A stretch of DNA of 64,000 nt. It comes from Plasmodiophora brassicae (lineage: Eukaryota). This document shows, in pieces, positions 49,301-61,183 of the stretch (its first letter is position 1; each line of letters begins with the position of its first letter). Location: assembly GCA_036867785.1 (NCBI GenBank), contig CP145413.1:310001-374000 (forward strand), in the 5' to 3' direction. The position numbers were made by a program, and so were the translations under genes. Under the pieces are notes generated by a model. That model was not told where the DNA came from and did no database searches. It saw only the letters and a list, made by a program, of their open reading frames with translations.

Positions 49301-52300
49301 CGACGAAGAACACTGGATCCGACGCCAGAGGACCCGCGAGAAGAACAGCCTGACGACGACTCAAAGCAAGAGAGTCGTGAGCCCCTGCCGCCGTCAACAG
49401 AGCCCAACCAAGAGCAAGCGGTACAGACGGAGCGGCCGGAGCACTCGAACAACATCCACCGTGGCCCTTCAAGAAGGGCACAGTCGGTTGCAGGAATGCC
49501 TGTCATGGCACGTCCTATGCGAAGAGGCGCCTCAGTGTCAGGCAGGCAGCTGCCAGCCCTTCGGTCCAAGGCGCCAATGGAATCTGTTGCTGAGGAACCG
49601 GTGCAGACCACAGCGTCCGAAAGCAGCACAGTCGCTCCTCGTGCAACCGCTGATACTCTAGAGGATGTCAGCGCTGTCAAGGCGGAGAACGCTCGGCTGC
49701 GAACGCAGATCGAACTCCTTGAGGAGGAGATTCAACGGGATGCGTCGATTCTCGCATTATACAAATCGGAGGCGTCGGCAAAGACACCGGTAGACGACGA
49801 ACAGACGCGCCAACTGGCAGAACGCACCAACCAGCTCGAAAAAGATCTCGAGACCGCCCAACGAGAGCTTGCCGCTGTCAGACAAGAACTTGACAAAGCT
49901 AGAAGTGACGTGCAGAAAGCGGACGATGAAGTTCAGGTAAGCAGGATGCATAGTGCAGAGAGGAGCATTGAATATGGACACTGAATATAGGCGATACGGT
50001 ACCAGTCGGCAGATGAGATCGCCAGATTGAACGCGGCGCTAAAAGATATCGAGGATCGCCCAGTTGACAGGACCGCGTTCGACAACGCCACCGCAAAGAT
50101 GACCAGTCTAACGCAGCAAGTGAAGGACTTACAAGCGCAGAATGATGAGCTCAGAGCGCGTGCCTCGGTACGAGTCGAATGCCTGGACCAGAACGCCAGC
50201 TGAGTGGTTCAACTGTTTCAGGCTGTGGCGGACGCTGTTCCAGATCTGGACTCAGTTTTGGATGAGCTGCGACAGGTTCGCGCGCAGCAGTCGGCCGGAC
50301 GTGATCAGTCGTCACGCGAGCTCCAGGATCAGAACCAGCTGCTGACAGAGCAGAACGGCAAACTACGTCTGGCGATTACAGATATGCGCAGCGAAATGGA
50401 AGCGTTCGCATCGGTGCAGGCGTCCATGGCTGACCAAGTCGCTCATCTCAAAGACGCGAATCAGGTGGGCACGAGCTTGGATGAATTAATGGCACGCTCT
50501 AATCAAGTGTTCAAAGGATCACGTGAAGCGGATAGCATTGCTGTCAACGCCGAGCGCGTCTGGAGGAGAGCGGGAAGAACTTCATCTCCTACGCGAACAG
50601 GTATGACGCACGACTGTGTCATGATCTTCGTTCTTCAAGGCTCAAAAGTGGCCAGGTCGATAAAATGATGAGGGCAGTGGACACGTCGTACGACAGAGTT
50701 GTCGATGCTGAACGACGGAACGCTGAACAACGACGGCAACTTCGCGAACAACAGTCGAATGATCAAAAGCAAGGTGAGTGCAGTGAAAGGTGCAGACACG
50801 GAAGCCGAAATATAACAGCTGCGGTAGAGCTGGAACAGGCTCTGTCGAGGCTGGAACATATCGTTAAGCACAATGCGGTGCTCGAGGCAGAAGTTGCTCG
50901 ATTGCAGAACGCGCCGCGAGCAGGCAATGAACGACCGGAGAAGAACAACGTTGCCGAGAGGGAATTCTTCCAGGAACAGATCCATGAGCACATCCAGGAA
51001 ATAGCATCGTTGCATCGCGAGCTCGCAAACGCACAGGTATGGCCAATTAACGCGTCCGGGTCTGCTTCGATGTAATGCTTCGCAAAAGGCACGATGCGCT
51101 TCACTCCAAGACGAAGTTCGCCTGCGAGTCCAGGACTTGGAGGAGGCCAACGTCAAAATCGGCATGATTGATGTCCTGAAAAGCAGGATATCGAAGCTAG
51201 AAGCTGATCTGGACGATGCCCGCCGTAATCCGGTAGTGCAAGTGGATGCTGGAGAGCTGTTAGCCCTTCGTGAAGAGAACGGGAACCTTCGAGGTAATCA
51301 GCGTGCATCGGTAGCGCAACTGATTACTGGTTTAACGGTTCGTGACAGCTAAACTTGACGAAGCCAACTACGAACTGGATCTCCTGGCTGCCGAGAAAGA
51401 CCGCTTGATGGAGATTAGTAACATGCTGAAAGCGAATGTTGCCCGCTTGATGAGCGATGAAGCTGTGGCGGACTTGCCACTGTCGGTCCTCGATATGAAC
51501 AGCGACGTATCGAAGGCATATGCCACGAAGCTGAGCCAAGTCGAACGCACGCTTCGTGATCTCTTACAGCAGAACCAGGCGTTACGCGCGCAGATCGTCA
51601 AAGGTGGCGGTGCGATAGGCTCGCCGTTCCTCCATCGCCATCCCGGAATGGGATCCGAGTATTGCTCAGATCCGCTGTGCCAACTGCGCCTTGTCCATGC
51701 ATATGGAGCCGACCTTATCGTCAAAGGCGCGGCTGAGCAACAGGTCATCAACCGCTTGGACAAGCTCGACGAAGACATTCGCAGGTCGATCGCAGAGGAG
51801 CAAAAGCCGCCAGGTGAGTGTTGGCACATGACCACGCCCTTTGTCCCTATTGTGATTGTCGTATCGACCCAGACATATCAGACATGAGGGCAGTCGCACA
51901 GGAAGCCGAGAACGAGAACGCGGCGCCAGGCGTCGCAGGTGAATGCGATGTCGTCCCTGAGCGCGTGGAATCTCGTGCACGCCAGCGTCTGCGAAAGGAG
52001 CTCGGCAGCTTGGCGCACCCCGGGTCCCAAGACAAGGTCATTCAAGCGTGGTTAAAACCTGCACACAGGTCTAACGAATGGACAGGTGCTCGATCTGGCC
52101 CGGCGGTCATTTAGGGCGGCGGCGCGCCAGCAGCAGAGGCAACCGGATCCCCACCTCGCCATGACCGGGTCGGCGGTCGAGCTCGGCGCCGACCCCGGCC
52201 CCGGGTTCCAGCGCGGACCGACGCCCAGCCAGGTCGAGGCCGAGCGCCGCCAGCGACTCGCGCGACTCCATCGCAAACGCCAGCAGCTGCTCAACCAACG

Positions 52301-52331
52301 CCGTGCGATCCGGAACTACAATGACCCATAG
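46376..52331 (+). CDS. CCDC57: CCDC57-like centriolar coiled-coil protein (many exons)
   Basis: N-terminal DFNYNLKLLEERDAELERYD, internal EKDRLMEISNMLKA and C-terminal IRNYN match my recollection of conserved CCDC57 blocks. Confidence 0.75.
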
Positions 52332-52413
52332 GCGGCGGGCAACGCATTACAGTGGAACAGCTACCGGTGCTGCAGTTAGGGTAGTGGCGCGGCTTGGCCT
52401 ATGTAGGTACAGT

Positions 52414-53370
52414 TTATGTCGGCGGCGTTTTGAGTTTCCGACTGGAGCTGCTGGCGCGTTTGCTGGGCGTCGCTCGGCGTGCGTCCCGGTCCTCTTGGCG
52501 GCGTTGTCGCCGGTAGATACGCACGTCCCGTTCCTGGTCCAACTCGAACCGCAGCTGCTCGTCGGGCTTGTTCGGGGCGAGGAGGCGATCGATGAGCGCG
52601 CGCGCCTTCCTGAAACGCTTGGCGGTCTTGGTGCGATCCGCAAGCGTGGTGGCGTCGGCCACGTGCAGCAAGCGAGAGCGCTCCTCGGCGATGCCGGCCA
52701 AGATGGCAAGCAGGTCGTCTGGTACTGGACGGCCACTGGCCCGCAACTCGCCGACCTGTTTCTTCAGCGATGTGGCTTTGCATTTCAGCTTGTCGCGAAG
52801 GTCGCCTTCGAGCGTCTTTGCAACGCGGACGATGTACGTCACATCGTTGTCGCGCAACGCACGCAGACGCACGACTTCGGCGTAGAATTCGTCGACCTTG
52901 GCGCGCAGCTCCTCCAGCTGGGAGAACTTGCACTGCTGCCGCAGGTCTTCCAGTTGTGAAGCGGTCTCGTCTGCCTCCTCCTTCATCGCGCGAATCTGCT
53001 CGCGGTATCGCCTCGCCAGCGATTTGTGGTTCAGCAGCTGCGAGCGTAACCCGACCGGATCGGCGTCCCGCTGCAGCATCTCGTCGATCTGGGCGTCCTT
53101 CGATGCCAGTTTCGATTCAACGAACCGAGATTGGCCTTTCAGCTGTCGGTTGGCGCGGTCGGCGCGCTGCAGTTTCTGCTTCAACGAGCGAATCGTCGCC
53201 AGCATCGACCGATTGTCGCTGGCTTTCTTCTGCAAATCAAGGACATCGCTCTCCGACCTCAGAAGCGGGAGAGGCTTCGCCTCCGGCAGCTCGTGTATGT
53301 TGGTCTTCTTTCGAGGCGGCCGCCGTTTCGGGGCCTTGCGCAGCAACGCTTCCAGCTTGTCTCGATCCAT
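52414..53370 (-). CDS. IQCE-like coiled-coil protein (short paralogue)
   Basis: IRSLKQKL...KLASKDAQIDEML...CKFSQLEELRAKVDEFYAEVVRLR resembles the IQCE N-terminal coiled coil. Confidence 0.55.
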   Translation of the reverse strand: MDRDKLEALLRKAPKRRPPRKKTNIHELPEAKPLPLLRSESDVLDLQKKASDNRSMLATIRSLKQKLQRADRANRQLKGQSRFVESKLASKDAQIDEMLQRDADPVGLRSQLLNHKSLARRYREQIRAMKEEADETASQLEDLRQQCKFSQLEELRAKVDEFYAEVVRLRALRDNDVTYIVRVAKTLEGDLRDKLKCKATSLKKQVGELRASGRPVPDDLLAILAGIAEERSRLLHVADATTLADRTKTAKRFRKARALIDRLLAPNKPDEQLRFELDQERDVRIYRRQRRQEDRDARRATPSKRASSSSRKLKTPPT

Positions 53371-53536
53371 GTCCAAGGGCAACCGCTCGCGAGATACGAT
53401 GTTCACCGATCAGCGATAATATCTATGCGGCTCCCCATTCATTCGACTCGCCATACCGCAACGTATCTGATGATTGCAATCGTTCTGCGGCGCACCCGAA
53501 TGCTTGTAGCGTTTGACAGCTACGAAGGTGATCGTA

Positions 53537-54178
53537 CTACCGTATATCGATGGTGACGGGGGATGGTATGAAAGGTGATTGCCGACACATAGGGCAAGTC
53601 GACGCCGATGAATCCACGATCCAGGTGTCGATGCAGCCCTGATGGAACGTGTGCCGGCATGGAAGTCGGCGAAGTTGTTGGTCGGGTAGGAACAGGTCCA
53701 GGCAGATCGGGCAAGGCGCGTCACACTCGTCAACACGAACGCAGGTCTCGCTCAATGGCAAATCGTCGACGGAATGAATGGCGCGTGGTTGAGCCTGAAC
53801 AGGAATGGCAGCAGCGAGAGAGCCTTCGATTGCCTGACGCCTGAGTCGGTAGTCGAGCGCGACCTGGATAAAGCGGCCGAGGGCAAACGAAACGCAAGTA
53901 GGCACCGCATCTTCCAAAGAAAGGTTCTTGTTGACGACGCCACTGACGATCAGGGCGGTTATGCCAATGCTGACGACAATCGCCGTTGCGAATGGGCTGC
54001 GCCTTGTTATGATGTTGATCGCGACACTCGCGACGATCGACACGGGCCACTGGTGCCTGCCGATGATCAGGAACGCGACCGTGACGTCGATGAGGACGTT
54101 GACGACAACGACCATGCAGTACAAAGCGCTCTGGATGCAGTCCAGGGCGCGCAGCGAGCAACATGCCAGTAATGGCAT
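53537..54178 (-). CDS. Multi-TM RING-H2 E3 ubiquitin ligase
   Basis: Hydrophobic N-terminal half; CPICLDLF..LRRLPCRHTFHQGCIDTW..TCPMCR; intronless. Confidence 0.9.
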   Translation of the reverse strand: MPLLACCSLRALDCIQSALYCMVVVVNVLIDVTVAFLIIGRHQWPVSIVASVAINIITRRSPFATAIVVSIGITALIVSGVVNKNLSLEDAVPTCVSFALGRFIQVALDYRLRRQAIEGSLAAAIPVQAQPRAIHSVDDLPLSETCVRVDECDAPCPICLDLFLPDQQLRRLPCRHTFHQGCIDTWIVDSSASTCPMCRQSPFIPSPVTIDIR

Positions 54179-54520
54179 TCGACGGCCACAGACGATCAAA
54201 TGAACCCCCCGACATAATGCGGAACCCCCCCCTTGCTCATGCGAAGTGTTACGCCTGCGCGACCGTTCGCCCGGTGCGGCAGTGCCGGTCGCAGACGTAC
54301 ACGCCGGACAACAGGGCCCCTCCCCCCCAAAACCCCAATGACAAATGCCGCCCCCAACGAATTCGGCGTCGGCACTGACGTGGGAGATGGACCGGGCGAC
54401 CCGACTGTGAAAGTTATTTTTGGCATGCGCAGTCAACCCCGGGCCGCCGCGTGAGTGGGTGTTTGTGTGACGCACTGGTCGCGGCAGTCGCCATTTGGAA
54501 TCGCGCGTGCTGCCGTGACG

Positions 54521-56192
54521 ATGCGGGCGTCGTCGACCGGGTACGATGCGTTCCCCGACGACCGGCATTGCAATTACGCGACGCGCGTCCCGTATCGCGA
54601 CCCGGTGTTCGCGATCCTGTTCGTCGCGCAGCTGGCGGGCGTGATTGCGCTGGCGGTCGTGTTCGCGCCGCATGCCGACCGCGGCGCGGACGGCCATGGG
54701 AAACCGTCGCAAGCCGATGGGGAATCACAGGCCATGCTGTACCGTATTCTGGCGTCGCTGGCCGTTGGCGTTGTGGCGTCGCTCCTGTTTGGGTTTATCT
54801 GGTTGCGGATCATGCAGACGTACGCGTCGAAGATCATCCGTCTATCGATCCAAGCAAATATCGCGCTGCAGACCGCTATCGGACTCGGCGCCCTGCTTGC
54901 TGGCCTCCCCATGATGTCGCTCATCATGTTCATATCGGCGGGCGTTCTGGCCCTGTGGTACTTCCTGGTTCGCAAACGGACCTTCTTCTCGGTAGGGCGA
55001 ACTGCGATCGTTTCAGGAGACAGCAGTAATCATTGACCTGTGGCACAGGCGGTCATGCTGGAGCTCTCTGTGTCTGCGATCGACCAGGATCCCACTGTGG
55101 TCTGGCTGACACTTGCAAGCCAGGTTGTTGCTGTCGTATGGATGGGCGTCTGGATGACCGGTACTAACGATCTGTCGCGTGTCTGCTGAAACCATGTACT
55201 GACGAATCGGGTACAGCGCTCTCTGGGACTGTCATGCGTATGCAATCCGATTCTATCAACCGGCCGTCTGACGCGCAGATGAACGGCGTCATCTTCTTCC
55301 TGGTACTTTCCCTGCTGTGGACCATTGAGGTGCTTCGCAACACGATCCACACGACGACAGCGGGCGTTTGTGGTACCTTCTACTTCTTCGGTGCAAGTCG
55401 TAACGCGACGCTGAAATCTGCACGTCGCACGTTGACGACCACGTTTGGCGCCGTCTGCCTCGGGTCGCTGATTGTCAGCATTGTCGCGACGCTCCGCGTC
55501 ATGGTGAACAGACGCCGCGATCGTCGACGGGACACGTTGGCCAACGTTTGCCTTGACTGCCTGCTTCGTTGTATCGAAGACATCATCCGATACGTTTCCA
55601 AGTTTGCATTCACTCGGGTAAGTCACTGCTCACGTCGCACCAGGTGCCGTCCCGCTCAAACGCGTGTTCAGGTCGCGGTCTACGGCGAGTCATTCATGAC
55701 TGCATGCCGGGCCACTTTCGAACTGTTCCGGTCGCGTGGCCTCGACGTCGTAATTGCCGACGATCTGTCATCGTTCGCTTTGGTCGCTGGATCGCTCCTA
55801 GGCGGTGCTTTCGCAGCACTGCTTGGTGGCATTTCTGCCTTGGCCCTATCCCGAAACGTTAGTTGCCATGCCGACTGTTCCGTGTGGCACGTCTGCTGAC
55901 TAACGCTTGCTTACAGGCCGACCTTGCCGTTCAACTTGGTGTCGCATGCTTCGTCTGTGGATTCGTAAGTGCTGTCGCGCTCGCATCAGATGCATTTGAG
56001 CCTGACGGCCTCAACCGTTTTTAGGCCATTACGAGCATGATCATGTCGGTGGTGACATCCGGCGTGGCGACGTTCATCGTGCTCTGGGCCGAAGAGCCTC
56101 ACGTTCTGGAGCAGAATCATCCGGAGCTCTACGCCAGGCTGAACAGTGCCGTGCGCCTGCAATTCCCGAACTTCGCAATGTCGGGCGTGTGA
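54521..56192 (+). CDS. Choline transporter-like (CTL/PNS1, SLC44) membrane protein
   Basis: YRDPVFAILF, LTTTFGAVCLGSLIVSIV, CIEDIIRYVSKFAF, VAVYGESFMTAC, TFIVLWAEEP. Confidence 0.9.
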
Positions 56193-56251
56193 GCGCCGTA
56201 CCGCGTAATAAACCGTTGCATTGTTAGCACTCCAGCGGCGTGTGCCTTGCG

Positions 56252-58258
56252 CTACGCTTTCGGTGCCTTCTTCGGCTTGCTGGCGGGTGCTGCCGCCCCG
56301 TCCTCGCTGCCCTGTATCGCCGCCTGCTTTCTATGTCTGGGCTTGGGCCCGTCTGGGGATGCTGGTTCAGCCGGCGCCGCTGACGATTTCTTCGACGACC
56401 GCTTCGCGTCTGATGGTTCCGCTGTCGTGGGCTCTGCGCCTCCCCCGGGGGCGGCCGCGTTCTCAGGCGTAGTGCCCGCGAACGCCGCCTTGGCCAGCTT
56501 CCTGTCTTGCTGCTCGCGTGTCTTCTTGTACTTGCGCACCTCGTCTTCCTGCTCGACGACGAACATGACCGCCGCCCGGTCCGCCTCGGTCTCGGTCGCT
56601 GATGGCGCTGCCGGGCGCCGGTCTTCTTCCTCATTCGCGAGCCGCTTCTCCTGCTCGTCCCGTTGCGCCTGTTCGGTCTGCAGGCGCGCCTCCAGCTCGG
56701 CCGTCATCGCGTCCTGCTGTTCCTGTTCCGCCTGCTGCGCCACCGTCTCCGCCTTGTGCTCCTGCTGTTGTCGTGCCAGCTGGTACTTCAGCTCCGTTAC
56801 CTCCTTCTCGGCCTTCCACAGCTTCTCCTGGGCGTCTCTCAGCGCCGCCTCTGCTTCCGCCGACGATACCGCTTCCGCAGGAGCGGCCGGCGTGCTCGTC
56901 GTTAGCTGTTGGATGCGTTCCTCCAACTGGGAGACCTTGGTACGAAGGCTCGCGATCTCGGCGGTGGCGTCCGTTTCCGCTTGCGAGGCAGCCGCCTTGG
57001 CCTGGTCCAACTTCTCCTGCATCGCAGCGACCTGCTTCTGCATCTGCACCTGCCTGGCCTCCGCGCTGCCCATCACGTCACGTTGCGCCTGTCGGGCGAT
57101 CGCCATCGCGTCCTGACTGGCCTTCAGCTCCGCCTGGACCTGCTCCACCGTCGTCTTCAGCACCCGGATCTCGTCGCCCAGCTTGCCCTCCATCGATTCG
57201 CGAAGCCTGGCCGCCTGCTCCAGCGCGGTCGCATGGTCGACATCCTTGGCCAGCAACGCCGCGTTCAACCTCGCCGACTCCGCTTCGGCCGCCGTCACCC
57301 GCTCCTTCATCAGCGTCAGCTGCGACGCCGACTCGGCCAGGGCCGTTCGCGTCCCTTCCGTATGGCTGATGACCTTGTCGAGCTCCGCACGGGACAGCTC
57401 GCCGATCTTCTCCATCTCGGCGACCATCATCCGCTCCTTCTTCAGGTCGACCTCGAGCTGGTGGATGCGGGCCGCGTACTGCTTCCGCTCCTGCTTGCGG
57501 GTCTGGTCGGCCATGATCTCCGACTGCGTCAGCCGGTTGTTCAGCTCGGCGTTGTCCGCCGTCAGGTCCTCGTTCGCCTTACGAAGCGCGCGCACCTCCT
57601 CCAGGATCGGCAACTTCGTCGTCGCGTTCGCCTGGCGACCCAGCTGGTTGAACAGGCGCAGGCGCTGGACCTCCTTGTAGAACTCCTCGGCCTGGGCGGT
57701 GACCTCGGTCAGCTGCGTCGTCTTCATCTGCGACCGGATCTCGTTGAGCTCGGCGGTGCGCTCCTGCAGGACGGCTCGTAGTTGGCGCATCTCCCGCTTG
57801 ACGTTCTTCGTCACCGACTTCTCGTGCAGCAGCTGCGAGTTGGCGATCGCCTTCCGCGGGTCGCCCGACGACATGGACCGCTGCAGGATGGCCACGATCT
57901 CGTTGTCCTTCTGCGCCAGGCGCTCGTCCCTCATCTGGATCTGGGCGCGCAGCTGCCGTCTGCATCGCTCCAGCTCCGTGTTCTTCTTCTTCATCTCCAT
58001 CACCTGCTGCTGGAGCTCCTCGACGTCCCAGGTGCCGATGTGGCGCCCACGTGGGCGCTGCTTCACAGCACCCGACGACGCCGTCGCGGTCAGGGCTTGC
58101 AGCTGAGGCGGCGCTCCAGACGCCGGGGCCGGCCCATCGACGACAGACGATCGTAGCGCCGGCATGCTCCTCACAGCGGACAGCTGCCGGGACTGGCGTT
58201 TCCCGCGCGGCATCATGGGATCTTGGTCGATGAGCGCATCGAGCTTCGCGCCGTTCAT
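56252..58258 (-). CDS. IQCE-like long coiled-coil protein
   Basis: EELQQQVMEMKK...KDNEIVAIL...QMKTTQLTEVTAQAEEFYKEVQRLR followed by long heptads; intronless; start could be 58339. Confidence 0.65.
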   Translation of the reverse strand: MNGAKLDALIDQDPMMPRGKRQSRQLSAVRSMPALRSSVVDGPAPASGAPPQLQALTATASSGAVKQRPRGRHIGTWDVEELQQQVMEMKKKNTELERCRRQLRAQIQMRDERLAQKDNEIVAILQRSMSSGDPRKAIANSQLLHEKSVTKNVKREMRQLRAVLQERTAELNEIRSQMKTTQLTEVTAQAEEFYKEVQRLRLFNQLGRQANATTKLPILEEVRALRKANEDLTADNAELNNRLTQSEIMADQTRKQERKQYAARIHQLEVDLKKERMMVAEMEKIGELSRAELDKVISHTEGTRTALAESASQLTLMKERVTAAEAESARLNAALLAKDVDHATALEQAARLRESMEGKLGDEIRVLKTTVEQVQAELKASQDAMAIARQAQRDVMGSAEARQVQMQKQVAAMQEKLDQAKAAASQAETDATAEIASLRTKVSQLEERIQQLTTSTPAAPAEAVSSAEAEAALRDAQEKLWKAEKEVTELKYQLARQQQEHKAETVAQQAEQEQQDAMTAELEARLQTEQAQRDEQEKRLANEEEDRRPAAPSATETEADRAAVMFVVEQEDEVRKYKKTREQQDRKLAKAAFAGTTPENAAAPGGGAEPTTAEPSDAKRSSKKSSAAPAEPASPDGPKPRHRKQAAIQGSEDGAAAPASKPKKAPKA

Positions 58259-58514
58259 TGACGGCCAGGACCGCCTCCCGAAGATATTTGTCGCGACAGC
58301 GGGTCGACGCGAGCGGCAGAAATCTTCGCCCGGGTCCATCGCGGAGTTAACGGGCGCCCGGCCGGGAAGATGGCCACAGCGGACGCATTGTTTGAGGGAC
58401 CGTCGCGCGCACATTGCGCACAATCATTTTGCGCGACTTTGGCCATTCCGTACGATTCGCACGACCACTGTAAGTAGACATTTCAGGACGCCCATGGTTT
58501 ACTGTGTACGTAGG

Positions 58515-60331
58515 TTAAGCGAGGAACAGGGTGTCGATGAACGTCCGGGCGAGGTCGTCGACGATGGAGACGTCGGGGAGTGATGCGGTCATGCCATAGA
58601 TGGCGGCGCTGCCTCCCTGGTAGGCGGACGGGTCCTCTAGGACGGAGGAGACGGCATCGCGAAGGTCGCTGACGAACCGCTCGGCGACGGGGCCGCCATG
58701 CATGTACGTGACGCAAATGTGCAGGCACGATGGGTTCTGGAGCGTGTTCAGGATCCAGCCGGCCTTGGACATGGCTTCGCCAACGCTGTAGATGTTCAGC
58801 GTGCCAGCGTCTCTCGACGCGAACGCAATGACGGACGCCTGTGGGTCGCCGAGCACCTTCAACTCAGCGATGGCCTTGATGCCGGAGAGTATCACATCGC
58901 GAGACGCCATGATACGTTCCATGCAACGCAGGTACCCGTCGCGGCCCATCGCCATCAGGCATGCCCAGGCGGCCACAGAGATCGCACCGTTTCGAGATCC
59001 GGCCAGCGTCGGGGACGCGTAGATTCCGCCAGACCAGGACGGCGACGCAAAGTACTGGTACCGCCGCAGCTCTTCGTTCGAGTACATGACGCAGCTGACA
59101 CCTTTCGTCGTGAAGCCGTACTTGTGCAGGTCGCAGGAGATCGACGTTACGCCTGGGACGGAGAAGTCGAAACGAGGGACCTTGCGACCCATGGCAGACA
59201 GGAACGGCATTAGATAGGAGCCGAGGCAGCAATCGGTATGGAAACCGATACCGTGACGCTGAGCTAGGGCAGCGAGCTCCACGATGGGATCGATGGCGCC
59301 ATGGGGGAACGAAGGCGCGGACCCAGCGATCAGGACGGTGTCGGATGTGATCGCGGCGCGCACAGCGTTGATGTCACACTGCATGGTTTGAGGGTCGATA
59401 GGGACATGCACGAGCGTCATGTCGAAATACGCAGCAGCCTTCTCGAAGGCGGCGTGGATTGTAATCGGGGCGATGATCTCAGGGTGCCTGACGTTTCGCA
59501 GGGCGCGGGCGCGATCACGATACGCCTTACAGGCGAGCAGGATCGATTCAGTGCCACCCGAGGACAGCGTCCCACAGGCCCCCGGGCCGCCATTGTATAG
59601 CGACACGGTCATCGCCACCACCTCTGCTTCCATCTTTCGAACAAACGGAAACAGGTCTGGATGCAACGGATTCGCGACGGCGAACTTGGAGGAGGCTGCA
59701 GGGTTTGCAACGCTCAGCGACGATGGACGCAACGATAGCACATGTAATACCTTGGCACAGGAACTGGCTAAACGCTTCTTCCCCATGATAGACTGCGCCT
59801 GAGGCTTGCCCCTGATCCCATCGACGATGTTCCTTGGCCGACCATTCGGTAAGCTGGCAGGCAAGCAACGTCAGCCCGCGAGCACGCAGCGTTCTTGCAA
59901 ACCGGTACCTGAGCCAAGACCGCTTCCTGCGACAGGCCTTTAGCTGGGAGCTCGGTTGTCTTCTTACACGATCGGGTCTCCTTTAACAGTTCGTCCTGTA
60001 TGGTTTTCGTGGTTTTCGCGCCTTCCCGGGCAATCTTCGCTTGGACGGACGGCAACAACCGCAGCAGACGAAACGCACCAAGTTTGATCAGGTAGACAAG
60101 ACCGTGTCTGTCGATCGCGCGCCTGGCCTGCCGCCAGGCGTAGCGCAGGTCGGTGCCGGCGCACACGACAACGGTCGCGACAACGGTCGACAGGACAATG
60201 GCAAACGGGTCGGCACCCTGACACAGCGCTGCGATACGCGACCGCAGCGATACGGCGCCGGCAATGCCGTGTCCGGCACCGACGACGGCGCCGACAATCA
60301 CAAGGAGCTGCGCATCGGCCGCCAGCGTCAT
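58515..60331 (-). CDS. SGPL1: Sphingosine-1-phosphate lyase (PLP-dependent)
   Basis: N-terminal TM; SGAVYHG, NPLHPDLFPFVRKMEAEVV, SSGGTESILLACKAYR, ISCDLHKYG, YASPTLAGSR. Confidence 0.95.
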
Positions 60332-60898
60332 GACGAACCCTTCCACACAGTGTGCGCCGGCCCGACACGCGGCCTGCACACCGCGTGCCAGCAAAAAAAC
60401 ACGCACACACTGGCACGCGCTCAGAAATGGCGCGCCTTTCGCAGGTGGACTGCCGTGTGCGAGACGCACGGCCGGGGGTCGCACACTGTCGGTATGCAAC
60501 CGCCCCACACGGTACCATCCCTGGCATACGGCAACGTAGATAGTACGCAAGGTCAGGTAACGCCTAATGGATTGTGTCTGCGTCCACTCTCAGCGGTTGA
60601 CAACCGCCTACCGGACCAGCTCGCGCCCAGGTATGCAGGCGCCGTCCAGTTGGTTGATACTTTCGTCGCGGGCGAAACCTCTTTTAACCAACGTCTAACT
60701 GCCACCCGGATCCGCATGGCAGCAACAACAAAGTCGAAGGCGCAGGAGCGTTGCTGCAGGACGGGCGCTTCGCGTATGCAAGAGACGTGGCCGTTTAGTA
60801 ATGGGAGCCTGAGCCGTGGAAAGCATTGAGTTTCTTCGGATAGGCAGGCTTGGGGCTCGAATGCAGGGCGGCGATGTCTGCGGATGGATGGATGCGGC

Positions 60899-61117
60899 GT
60901 GCGTCGCGCAATTAAAGGTTGACATGGCGTTCGCACTTCTTGGCGGACGCAATGCAAGTGCGCGCTTGCCGCCTGATGCCGTACGGAAAAGTGCGTCGCG
61001 CAAGTGTTGGCGGGCGCAAGGCGCGCGCGCTCCTCCGGATGCCGCGCGGACTTTTAGTGCGCCGCGCAAGTGTTGGCGGATGCAAGGCGCGCTCCTCCGG
61101 ATGCCGAGCGGACTTCC
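60899..61117. repeat. Degenerate ~60-66 bp direct repeats in the divergent promoter between the S1P lyase and secreted-protein genes
   Basis: AGTGCGYCGCGCAAGTGTTGGCGG...GCTCCTCCGGATGCCG.GCGGACTT at 60990-61055 and 61056-61115, plus decayed upstream pieces. Confidence 0.85.
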
Positions 61118-61183
61118 TGCCATTGAGAGCGGGTTCGGCTTCCCGCGCCTGGTCATTTGGGTTCAGGCCGAGAATACCTCGGA

